From positions 992 to 64,991 of the forward strand of contig JAIETJ010000030.1 of NCBI GenBank assembly GCA_019745275.1: a stretch of 64,000 bases of DNA, read 5' to 3'. The notes beneath the pieces were generated by a model. That model searched no databases, was not told the origin of the DNA, and saw only the letters and a list, made by a program, of their open reading frames with translations. Below are positions 37,906 to 46,321 of the stretch, in pieces (the stretch's first letter is position 1; every line of letters starts with the position of its first letter). Source of the stretch: Pseudomonadaceae bacterium. Its GTDB lineage: Bacteria; Pseudomonadota; Gammaproteobacteria; Pseudomonadales; Pseudomonadaceae. Made by a program: the position numbers and the translations under genes.

Positions 37906-38421
37906 CTACAGGGTTTGCAGTCGGAACAGCGCGATCTGGTTGATCTCGGTCAGAGCGCGACTGAATTCGGCCTCCACGGAGTTGTGGATGCGTTCTTCGA
38001 AGGCTGCAAGGATCTGGTGCCGGTTGCTGCCTTTCACCGCCATGATGAAGGGAAACGCGAACTTGGCTTTGTAGGCCTCGTTCAGCTCGGTGAAGCGTGC
38101 AAACTCCTCACTCGTGCATTGGTGGATGCCGGCACCGGATTGCTCCGAAGTGCTGGCTTCAGTCAGTTCGCCCTGGACCGCGGCCTTGCCGGCTAAATCC
38201 GGGTGAGCGTTGATCAGCGCCAGTTGGCTGGCTTTGTCCGCGTTTAACAGCACCTGCGCCATGCGTTGTTGCAGGCCATCGACGCTGTTTAGCTGGTCAT
38301 CCACGCCGAGGTCAAAAGCCTGTTCGGCGACCCACGGTGAGTGCTCATAAATATCGGCAAAGGCGGCGACGAACTCGGCGCGGGTTAATTGCGCGGGAGT
38401 CAGGGTTTGAAAGCGGCTCAT
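37906..38421 (-). CDS. uraD: OHCU decarboxylase
   Basis: YEHSPWVA, AHPDLAGK, EQSGAG, KFAFPFIMAV. Confidence 0.94.
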   Translation of the reverse strand: MSRFQTLTPAQLTRAEFVAAFADIYEHSPWVAEQAFDLGVDDQLNSVDGLQQRMAQVLLNADKASQLALINAHPDLAGKAAVQGELTEASTSEQSGAGIHQCTSEEFARFTELNEAYKAKFAFPFIMAVKGSNRHQILAAFEERIHNSVEAEFSRALTEINQIALFRLQTL

Positions 38422-39365
38422 TGCGCGTTCTCCGGTTTGCAGGGCTGCTGTTGATAGGGGTGAGTGGCCTGCCAGTGACGGGCGATATCGACGCGGCGGC
38501 TAAACCAGACCTGCTGATGGCTTTGCGCGTATTCAATAAACCGTTGCAGTGCGGCGAGGCGCGCCGGGCGACCGATCAGCCGGCAATGCAGGCCAATCGA
38601 GAGCATTTTCGGCGCGCCTTCGCAGCCTTCAGCGTAGAGCACATCGAAGGCATCTTTGAGGTAGGTGTAAAAGTCATCGCCGCTGTTAAAACCCTGCACC
38701 TGGGTGAAGCGCATGTCGTTGGTGTCCAGGGTGTAAGGGATCACCAAGTGCGGTTTGTCTGAGGTGCTCGCTGGGTCCCAGTAGGGCAGGTCATCGTCGT
38801 AGGTGTCGCTGTCATACAGGAAACCGCCTTCTTCCATGACTAAACGGCGGGTATTCGGCCCGGTACGCCCGGTGTACCAACCCAGCGGCCGCTCGCCGGT
38901 GATCTCGGTGAGGATGCGGATGGCTTCGAGCATGTGCTCGCGCTCTTGGGCCTCATCCATGTACTGGTAATCGATCCAGCGGTAGCCGTGGCTGCAAATC
39001 TCGTGACCGGCGGCGGCCATGGCGCGGATCAGATCGGGGTGGCGCTGGGCGGCCATGGCCACGGCGAACACGGTGAGCGGAATATCGAATTTCTTAAACA
39101 GCTTAAGGATGCGCCATACGCCGCTGCGGCTGCCGTATTCGTACAACGACTCCATGCTCAGGTTGCGCGCGCCGGCCAGCGGTTGGGCGGAAACCATCTC
39201 GGATAGAAAAGCTTCAGATTCGTGGTCGCCATGCAAAATATTGCGCTCGCCGCCTTCTTCGTAATTGAGCACAAAGGACAGGGCGATACGGGCGTCGTTA
39301 GGCCAGTGTGGGTGCGGCGGGAGGTTGCCGTAACCGATCAGGTCGCGAGGATAGTCAGCGCTCAC
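38418..39365 (-). CDS. puuE: Allantoinase, polysaccharide-deacetylase fold
   Basis: YPRDLIGYG, LNYEEGGE, SHGYRW, GLHCRLIGRP. Confidence 0.95.
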   Translation of the reverse strand: MSADYPRDLIGYGNLPPHPHWPNDARIALSFVLNYEEGGERNILHGDHESEAFLSEMVSAQPLAGARNLSMESLYEYGSRSGVWRILKLFKKFDIPLTVFAVAMAAQRHPDLIRAMAAAGHEICSHGYRWIDYQYMDEAQEREHMLEAIRILTEITGERPLGWYTGRTGPNTRRLVMEEGGFLYDSDTYDDDLPYWDPASTSDKPHLVIPYTLDTNDMRFTQVQGFNSGDDFYTYLKDAFDVLYAEGCEGAPKMLSIGLHCRLIGRPARLAALQRFIEYAQSHQQVWFSRRVDIARHWQATHPYQQQPCKPENAQ

Positions 39366-39444
39366 TGCAGTCTTCCTTAGGTAGAGGTGTTGCGATCTTT
39401 GCGCGGCTAACGGGGTTAGCGCTTAATGGATCGTGCTGGAGTGA

Positions 39445-39454
39445 TTGTATACAA
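39445..39454. promoter_or_regulatory. GntR (GclR-type) operator
   Basis: Perfect TTGTATACAA upstream of puuE. Confidence 0.75.
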
Positions 39455-39670
39455 AATGCTTGATTGTTTGTAAATCTAAAATTAACTATTTTCTTCTGGT
39501 TGGTATCTTTCTGCTCTCTTTAGGGCTCTTTTCTGTACGCCACAATCGTCGCGCGGGTGAAACTCACCGGCATCAACGCGATGCGGGCTTTACTCGCCCG
39601 GAGAGGCTTACTCGGCACTGCGCTTGGGTTTGCGTGGCTAACAGGTGTGGGGGGTGGAGGGCTTGCCTGA

Positions 39671-39688
39671 TTTATTGTGTACAATAAA
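39671..39688. promoter_or_regulatory. GntR (GclR-type) operator
   Basis: TTTATTGTGTACAATAAA palindrome upstream of uraH. Confidence 0.7.
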
Positions 39689-39829
39689 TGCTGAAAGTGT
39701 TTTTAGTTGGTTTCTCGTGCTATTCTTCAGCCATCTCGCAGTGCTGGCTGCTGCGGCTTCACCCATTCAACTGGCTAAAGGAGGCGCGGCAGGTGTCGGT
39801 GTGCGCAAGCACCGAACTGTCCACAAATT

Positions 39830-40183
39830 ATGGGACGTTTAACCACTCACGTTTTGGATGCCGCGCACGGTTGCCCCGGCAGCGCGCTTAAAGTCGAACT
39901 GTATCGAGTAGAGGGCGCGCAACTGACTCTGCTTAATAGTGTGCTGACCAATCACGACGGCCGCTGCGACGCGCCGGTGCTGCAGGGTGCTGACTACCAA
40001 ACTGGCGTTTATCAGTTGCAGTTTCATGCCGGCGACTACTACCGCGCCCGTGGTGTTGAGTTGCCTGAGCCGGCCTTTCTCGACGTGGTGGTGCTGCGCT
40101 TTGGTATTAACGCTGAGCAAGAGCATTACCACGTGCCGTTGCTGATTTCGCCATACAGCTATTCCACCTACCGCGGCAGTTAA
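39830..40183 (+). CDS. uraH: 5-hydroxyisourate hydrolase
   Basis: LTTHVLD, HYHVPLL, C-terminal YRGS. Confidence 0.96.
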   Translation: MGRLTTHVLDAAHGCPGSALKVELYRVEGAQLTLLNSVLTNHDGRCDAPVLQGADYQTGVYQLQFHAGDYYRARGVELPEPAFLDVVVLRFGINAEQEHYHVPLLISPYSYSTYRGS

Positions 40184-40216
40184 GCCGCGCTGGTCCCTGC
40201 TCCTTTGGAAGGTTTT

Positions 40217-40243
40217 GCCCGCGCACAATGCGGGCTTTTTTTT
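40217..40243 (+). terminator. Intrinsic terminator of uraH
   Basis: gcccgc/gcgggc stem followed by T8. Confidence 0.75.
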
Positions 40244-40324
40244 GCCTGTAATTTGCTGGTAAAGCGGGCGAAGTAAGTTGTGCGGATTGCCTTCGCGCTA
40301 GGGTCGGGAGGCGGACGTGGTTGT

Positions 40325-40957
40325 TCAGCGCGGCAGAAATGCGGCGACGCCTGCGCAGGCAAACAGTAGCGCACTGCCACGATTGAAATAACGCTGACCC
40401 CGGCCGGAGCGCAGGTAATCTGCGCAGGTTAGCGCCGCGCAGCCGTACAGCAGTTTGCAGCACAGATCGAGCAGCGCCCAAGTGACAATCATCAGCAGTA
40501 ACTGGCCACTAAGCGGCTGTGCGTGACTGATGAACTGCGGCAGAAAGGCGGCAAAAAACAGCATGTCTTTGGGGTTGCTGGCACCTAGGCCAAAGGCGCG
40601 GCTGAACAACTGCCGACTGCTGGGGCGCGTCTGAATCGGTGCTGTTGCGCAGTTGCTGAGCGATGGTGCGGCGTCAGCTTGCTGCCAGCTACGCCAAGCC
40701 AAATACACCAGGTAGGCACCGCCCAGCCACTGCATCCCACGGAATACGGTTGGCGATGCTAGGAGTAGCGCACCAAGCCCGAGGGCGGATGCGCTCAGTA
40801 GGCCGATTGAGGCGCTGACCCCGCCGGCAAAGGCTGGCAATGAGCGGGCTAGGCCGTAGTTGAGGCTGTTGCTGATCATCAGCAACGACAGGGGGCCGGG
40901 AATCAGAATGACGATAAGTGCCGCGCTGCTAAACAGCAGCCATGTTTCGAGGGACAT
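40325..40957 (-). CDS. LysE/RhtB family translocator
   Basis: PGP motif, GGAYLVYL, SNPK..FF.AFLPQF. Confidence 0.9.
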   Translation of the reverse strand: MSLETWLLFSSAALIVILIPGPLSLLMISNSLNYGLARSLPAFAGGVSASIGLLSASALGLGALLLASPTVFRGMQWLGGAYLVYLAWRSWQQADAAPSLSNCATAPIQTRPSSRQLFSRAFGLGASNPKDMLFFAAFLPQFISHAQPLSGQLLLMIVTWALLDLCCKLLYGCAALTCADYLRSGRGQRYFNRGSALLFACAGVAAFLPR

Positions 40958-40973
40958 GTTTGTTTGCGCCTAT

Positions 40974-41005
40974 AAAAAAGCCCCAGCGCCGAGGCGCTGG
41001 GGCTT
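40974..41005 (-). terminator. Intrinsic terminator of the AzgA-like permease
   Basis: aagccccagcgcc/ggcgctggggctt with T run on the minus strand. Confidence 0.8.
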
Positions 41006-41022
41006 GGGTGTTGCAGCCGTGC

Positions 41023-42369
41023 TTAGAGGAAAATGAACTTGGCAATGCAGATGGCGGCGAGCACATAGAGGCTAGCGGACACCTCGTTGCGTTTGCCGGT
41101 ACCGACCTTAATCACCACGAAGGTAATAAAGCCCAGCGCCAAGCCATCGGTGACTGAGAAGGTCAGTGGCATCATGATCGCGGTGATAATCGCCGGAATG
41201 GTGGTGGTGTGATCCTGCCAGTCGATGTGCGCCATGCCGCTCATCATCAACATGGCCACATAGATCAGTGCGCCAGCGGTGGCGTAAGCGGGAATCATGC
41301 CGGCCAGTGGCGCGAAGAACATCGCCGCCAAGAACAGCACGCCAACAGTTACTGCCGTCAGCCCGGTACGGCCACCTGCGGCCACGCCAGCGGCGCTTTC
41401 TACATAGCTGGTCACGGGTGGGCAGCCTAGCAGCGCGCCGGCGGTGCTGGCGGTGCTGTCAGCTTTCATGGCCTTGCTGAGGTTGTGAATGTGCCCATCG
41501 GGGTCAACCAAGTTGGCCCGCTGTGCCACGCCCATCAGGGTGCCGGCGGTGTCAAACATATGCACAAACAAGAAGGCTAGGATCACGCTGATCATGCCAA
41601 CGTTCATCGCGCCACCAATGTCCATGGCTAAGAAGGTTGGCGCTACGCTTGGCGGCATAGAGAACACTCCGTGGTACTCAACCAGGCCTAAACCCCAGCC
41701 GGCTAAAGTCACGGTCAGAATGCTGATGAGGATGCCGCCGAACACGCGGTAGTGCTCCAGAATGGCGATCATCAAAAAGCACACGCCTGCCAAGAACGGC
41801 GCGGCCGAGGTCATGTCGCCCAAGTGGATCAAGGTCGCGGGGCTAGCCACGACGATACCGGCTTCTTTCAGGCCGATGAGGCCAAGAAACAAGCCGACCC
41901 CGGCGCCCATGGAATAACGCAGGCTGGGCGGGATGCTGTTCAGCAGCCACTCACGGACCTTGGTAAACGTCAGGATCATAAACAGTACGCCAGAGAGGAA
42001 TACAGCTCCCAAGGCGATCTGCCAGCTGTAGCCCATAGCGCCAACGACGGTGTAGCTAAAAAACGCATTCAAACCCATACCCGGTGCCAGACCAACCGGC
42101 CAGTTGGCATACAGACCCATTAGCAAGCAGCCAAAAGCGGCGGCCAGACAGGTGGCGACAAAGGCGGCACCGTGGTCCATGCCGGCGGCGACCATGATGT
42201 TGGGGTTAACAAAAATGATGTAGGCCATGGTGATAAAGGTCGTTAGGCCGGCGGCCAGTTCGATTTTTACCGTGGTCTTGTGTTCGCTGAGTTTGAACAG
42301 ACGCTCCAGCCAACCGGTGGCAGGTGGGCTGACGTCGTAGGCGGTGTTGCTAGTTTTGCTGGTGTCCAC
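41023..42369 (-). CDS. NCS2 AzgA-like adenine/guanine/hypoxanthine permease
   Basis: TMAYIIFVNP, APGMGLNAFF, FDTAGTL, YVESAAG. Confidence 0.93.
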   Translation of the reverse strand: MDTSKTSNTAYDVSPPATGWLERLFKLSEHKTTVKIELAAGLTTFITMAYIIFVNPNIMVAAGMDHGAAFVATCLAAAFGCLLMGLYANWPVGLAPGMGLNAFFSYTVVGAMGYSWQIALGAVFLSGVLFMILTFTKVREWLLNSIPPSLRYSMGAGVGLFLGLIGLKEAGIVVASPATLIHLGDMTSAAPFLAGVCFLMIAILEHYRVFGGILISILTVTLAGWGLGLVEYHGVFSMPPSVAPTFLAMDIGGAMNVGMISVILAFLFVHMFDTAGTLMGVAQRANLVDPDGHIHNLSKAMKADSTASTAGALLGCPPVTSYVESAAGVAAGGRTGLTAVTVGVLFLAAMFFAPLAGMIPAYATAGALIYVAMLMMSGMAHIDWQDHTTTIPAIITAIMMPLTFSVTDGLALGFITFVVIKVGTGKRNEVSASLYVLAAICIAKFIFL

Positions 42370-42462
42370 TGCGCGGTACTCCTCATTGCTTTTATTTTAG
42401 TCACCGAGTGCTGCGACAGTGTTGCAGCAGCACTCTGAGGTAAGGCATACATGAGTGCTTTG

Positions 42463-42514
42463 CTGACTAGAAAGTCAAAAAAACTCAACGGGTCGATTAT
42501 CGGTTTGTATACAA
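42463..42514. promoter_or_regulatory. RutR-type box plus GclR-type box
   Basis: CTGACTAGAAAGTCAA (42463-42478), TTGTATACAA (42505-42514); another TTGTGTACAA at 42859-42868. Confidence 0.65.
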
Positions 42515-42969
42515 AAAAAGCAATTAATGTTTTCACTATTTCTGGTGTGTTGTTGCGCCGTCATTCGAGCTGCGCAGTAGCCGATTTTATGAGTCTGCCG
42601 TATTTTAAAAATACTATACAAAACAGTTGGATACGTTTTATTTTTGGCTGTTTAGTCAGCTGTTAATGCTAACCCTGAACGGTGCTGTCGGGCATTTTTT
42701 CCGCTGTATGGCCGCTGTTGTTACAATTTTTTTACTCGCTGCGCCGTTGTTTCGCCGATTAAGGCGCTGCACATAGCCCTCGTGCTCAGGCTGATTGGCA
42801 GGCAATAGCTGGCTGTAGATCAGCGCTGTGTGTGTCTGGCGTGTCAGTGCTCGCGTGGTTGTGTACAATACTCAGGCATTTTTATCCTCTGCAATTGCGC
42901 TACTTGTTTGCTTGCTCGGCGCATGATCGTAGAGTCTGGTTTTCGCCGTCTTCTTTGTCTCGAGCCCGC

Positions 42970-43740
42970 ATGAACGAATCTTTACAGCCGCTTAAGAAAC
43001 CCGCCCGCGCCAGCAAAACCCCGCGCACTGGCACCCAAGACGATGTGGTTTACGCGCATATTTTTGATGCGATTCTCGAGCAGCGTCTGGCCCCTGGCAC
43101 CAAGTTAAGTGAAGAAGCCTTGGGTGAAATTTTTGGCGTGAGCCGCACCATTATTCGCCGTTCTTTGTCGCGCCTGGCCCACGAGGGTGTGGTGTTGCTG
43201 CGGCCCAATCGTGGTGGGGTAGTGGCCAGCCCGGGTGCTGAAGAAGCCCGGCAGATCTTCTATGTGCGGCGCATGATCGAGCGCGCCATTACCGAACTGG
43301 CCTGCAAGAACGCCACGCCGGAACAGATTGCTGGGCTGCGCCAGATGGTGATTGATGAGCGCGACTGTTTCGCTCGCGGTGACCGTGGCATGGGCATTCG
43401 TCTGTCTGGTGAGTTTCACCTGAAACTCGCGGAAGCCGCTGGCAACCTGACGCTGCTGGGTTTTCTGCGTAGCCTAATTTCGCAGACCTCGCTGATCATC
43501 GCCCTGTACGAAGGCAACAGCCGTACCCATTGCTCGGATGCCGAGCATGACCAAGTGATCGACGCCATCGAAGCCGGTAATGTCGAGGTGGCCGTGGACC
43601 TGATGATGCGGCACATGGACAGCGTTGACGCCAAGCTCAATCTAGATGGCGAAACCGCTTCCGATGATTTGCATGCGGTGTTCTCGCACCTGCTGCCTGC
43701 CAAGAAAAAGGCGGCTAAGGCCACGGCGAGCACTCGCTGA
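42970..43740 (+). CDS. gclR: GntR/FCD regulator of the purine-glyoxylate regulon (GclR-like)
   Basis: wHTH LSEEALGEIFGVSRTIIR and FCD domain; sits beside guaD-xdh like P. putida PP_4283 (recalled). Confidence 0.8.
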   Translation: MNESLQPLKKPARASKTPRTGTQDDVVYAHIFDAILEQRLAPGTKLSEEALGEIFGVSRTIIRRSLSRLAHEGVVLLRPNRGGVVASPGAEEARQIFYVRRMIERAITELACKNATPEQIAGLRQMVIDERDCFARGDRGMGIRLSGEFHLKLAEAAGNLTLLGFLRSLISQTSLIIALYEGNSRTHCSDAEHDQVIDAIEAGNVEVAVDLMMRHMDSVDAKLNLDGETASDDLHAVFSHLLPAKKKAAKATASTR

Positions 43741-43774
43741 GTCGGGCTGTCTGAGCTCATAGGCCAAACGCTAT

Positions 43775-43809
43775 AAAAAAGCCCCAAGGTGTGCGCCTTG
43801 GGGCTTTTT
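43775..43809. terminator. Bidirectional terminator
   Basis: aaaaaagccccaagg/ccttggggcttttt. Confidence 0.85.
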
Positions 43810-43827
43810 GTTGGGCGCCGTTAAGCC

Positions 43828-45132
43828 TTAGTCGCGGCGATGCACTGAGTTGCCGGCGGCGAAGGTTTCTTGGATGGTGCGGTCGTCGCCGAGCATGATC
43901 AGGGCGAACAGCTTCTCGTCCAAACTCTTGGCTTGCGCTAGGCGATAGCTCAGCAGTGGGGTGGCTTGGTAGTCGAGCACTACGAAATCCGCGTCCTTAC
44001 CCGCGGCGAAGCTGCCGATTTTGTCGTCTAAGTACAGCGCCCGGGCGCCGCCCAGAGTGGCCAGATACAGCGACTTGAACGGGTCGAGTTTCTTACCCTG
44101 CAACTGCATGACCTTGTAGGCCTCGTTCAACGATTGCAACTGCGAGAAGCTGGTGCCGGCGCCGACGTCGGTGCCCAGGCCTACACGCACGCCGTGGGCT
44201 TCGAGCTTGGGCAGGTCAAACAGACCGCTGCCGAGAAACAGGTTGGAGGTTGGGCAAAACGCCACCGCCGAACCGGTTTCGGCCAGCCGTTTACATTCCT
44301 CATCGCACAGGTGCACGCCGTGGGCGAACACCGCGCGTGGGCCGATCAGCCGGTAATGATCGTACACGTCAAGGTAGCCTTTGCGCTCGGGGAATAAACC
44401 CTTCACCCATTCGATTTCCTGACGGTTCTCGGACAGGTGCGTGTGCATATATAGGTCTGGGTATTGCTGGAATAGCTCGCCGGCCAGACTCAATTGCTCG
44501 GGGCTGCTGGTCGGCGCGAAACGTGGGGTGACGGCGTAGTGCAGGCGGCCCTTGCCGTGCCAGCGCTCGATCAATTCGCGGCTGTCGGCATAGCTGGATT
44601 CTGGGGTGTCGGTTAAGTAGTCCGGGGCGTTGCGATCCATCATCACCTTGCCGGCGATCATCCGCAGGTTGAGCACTTCGCAGGCTTCGAAGAAAGCATC
44701 CACCGACTGTTTGTGCACGGTGCCAAACACCAGGGCGGTGGTGGTGCCATTACGCAGCAATTCTTTCAGGAACACGCTGGCCACTTCGGCAGCGTGAGTC
44801 TTATCGGCAAACTGCTGTTCGGTGGGGAAGGTGTAGGTGTTCAGCCAGTCGAGCAGCTGTTCGCCATAGGAGGCGATCATGCCGGTCTGCGGGAAGTGAA
44901 TATGTGTGTCGATAAATCCGGGGGTGATTAGCGCATTCGGGTACTCGCTGATGGCCACGCCTTGCAAGGTGGGCAGCAGGTCGGCGGCATGCCCGACCGC
45001 CTTGATCAGGCCGTTTTCGACCAGCAAAACGCCGTCGTCGAAATACTCATAAGACGCCTCGATACCCACTACGGCGGGGTCGGCGATGCTGTGCAAAATG
45101 GCGGCGCGGTAAGCGTGGGTGCTGGTGCTCAT
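43828..45132 (-). CDS. guaD: Guanine deaminase
   Basis: PGFIDTHIHFPQ, TPRFAP, HTHLSEN, LGTDVGAG. Confidence 0.96.
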   Translation of the reverse strand: MSTSTHAYRAAILHSIADPAVVGIEASYEYFDDGVLLVENGLIKAVGHAADLLPTLQGVAISEYPNALITPGFIDTHIHFPQTGMIASYGEQLLDWLNTYTFPTEQQFADKTHAAEVASVFLKELLRNGTTTALVFGTVHKQSVDAFFEACEVLNLRMIAGKVMMDRNAPDYLTDTPESSYADSRELIERWHGKGRLHYAVTPRFAPTSSPEQLSLAGELFQQYPDLYMHTHLSENRQEIEWVKGLFPERKGYLDVYDHYRLIGPRAVFAHGVHLCDEECKRLAETGSAVAFCPTSNLFLGSGLFDLPKLEAHGVRVGLGTDVGAGTSFSQLQSLNEAYKVMQLQGKKLDPFKSLYLATLGGARALYLDDKIGSFAAGKDADFVVLDYQATPLLSYRLAQAKSLDEKLFALIMLGDDRTIQETFAAGNSVHRRD

Positions 45133-45177
45133 GGTCATCTCGATAAGGTGTTGAATTAGATGCTGTGTCGGAATTTG

Positions 45178-45212
45178 CGTAGGGTGGAAAAGCTGCGCGT
45201 TGTCCACCCTGC
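45178..45212. repeat. GTAG-family REP
   Basis: cgtagggtggaaaagctgcgcgttgtccaccctgc. Confidence 0.7.
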
Positions 45213-45233
45213 GGGCGCGTTAGAGCTTGTTCT

Positions 45234-46085
45234 TCAAGCCTGACTGCGTCGTGAATTAGGCAGTAACTTGGCTACGGTTTCACGCTGGCTGGCGGTTTGA
45301 CCGCTGCGTTGTTGACCGAAGGCGGCGTTGTAGGTGGCGATCACTTCGCCGGCAATCGACACGGCGATTTCCATCGGTAATTTGCCTTTCACTTCGCTCA
45401 AGCCCATGGGGCAGCGCATCCGTTGCAGTACTTCTGGAGCAAAACCGCGCTCGCGCAGGCGGTGTTCAAATTTGACCCGCTTGGTCTGTGAGCCGATCAG
45501 CCCGTAATAGGCAAAATCATTGCGCTGAAGAATCGCGGCAGTCAGCTCAAGGTCCAGTTGATGGTTGTGAGTCATGACGATGAAATAACTGCCAGCCGGC
45601 ATGTTGTCCACCTCATCGACCACTTCATCATTGAGCACTCGTTCGACACCGGCAGGTATTAGCTCGGGGAATTCGGCTTCGCGCGAATCTATCCAGCGCA
45701 CCTTGCACGGCAAACTGGCCAGCAGCGGCACCAAGGCGCGGCCGACATGTCCGGCGCCGAACACGGCGATCTGCGCCTGCGGTTGGCCCATAGGTTCGAA
45801 CAGCAGCACGGTGGCGCCGCCGCAGCATTGGCCGAGGCTGGCACCGAGGCTGAAGCGCTCTAAGCGGGTGTCCTGCGTGCGACTGGCGAGCATCTCGCGG
45901 GCGATCTGCATGGCCTTGTGCTCTAAGTGGCCACCGCCGATGGTTTCGAAGATACGCTCGGCCGTGACCAGCATTTTCGAGCCAGCATTACGCGGCGTCG
46001 AGCCGAGTTCCTCGATGATAGTCACCAGCACGCAGGCTTGACCCTGTTGCTGTAAGTCGGCGAGGGCGCTGATCCAGCTGTTCAT
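45234..46085 (-). CDS. xdhC: Xanthine dehydrogenase accessory protein
   Basis: GSTPR, TIGGGHLE, LGQCCGG, FGAGHVG, GLIGSQTK. Confidence 0.95.
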   Translation of the reverse strand: MNSWISALADLQQQGQACVLVTIIEELGSTPRNAGSKMLVTAERIFETIGGGHLEHKAMQIAREMLASRTQDTRLERFSLGASLGQCCGGATVLLFEPMGQPQAQIAVFGAGHVGRALVPLLASLPCKVRWIDSREAEFPELIPAGVERVLNDEVVDEVDNMPAGSYFIVMTHNHQLDLELTAAILQRNDFAYYGLIGSQTKRVKFEHRLRERGFAPEVLQRMRCPMGLSEVKGKLPMEIAVSIAGEVIATYNAAFGQQRSGQTASQRETVAKLLPNSRRSQA

Positions 46086-46213
46086 TTACGCAGCCTCCAA
46101 GTAGGTGGCAATTGTCCCGGACGTGGCAGCCGCCAGTTGCTCGGCGAAGGGTCGAGAATGGGCGCCGGGCTCGGTTGCGGTGCGGGGTTATTCGACACGG
46201 TGTGCTTTGTCAT
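46082..46213 (-). CDS. Putative 43-aa proline-rich small protein
   Basis: ATG 46213 after AGGTG RBS; stop overlaps the xdhC start (ATGA); no family recognised. Confidence 0.4.
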   Translation of the reverse strand: MTKHTVSNNPAPQPSPAPILDPSPSNWRLPRPGQLPPTWRLRK

Positions 46214-46245
46214 TGTTGTACACCTGTTAGGTTTTGATCGGTGTC

Positions 46246-46313
46246 GTAGGGTGGATGACGCTTTATCCATCCACCAAGGAGGTGGAAAACGCTGCGCGGT
46301 TTTCCACTCTACG
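46246..46313. repeat. GTAG-family REPIN
   Basis: cgtagggtggatgacgc..catccacc / ggtggaaaacgc..tttccactctacg. Confidence 0.8.
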
Positions 46314-46321
46314 GTTTTGGT

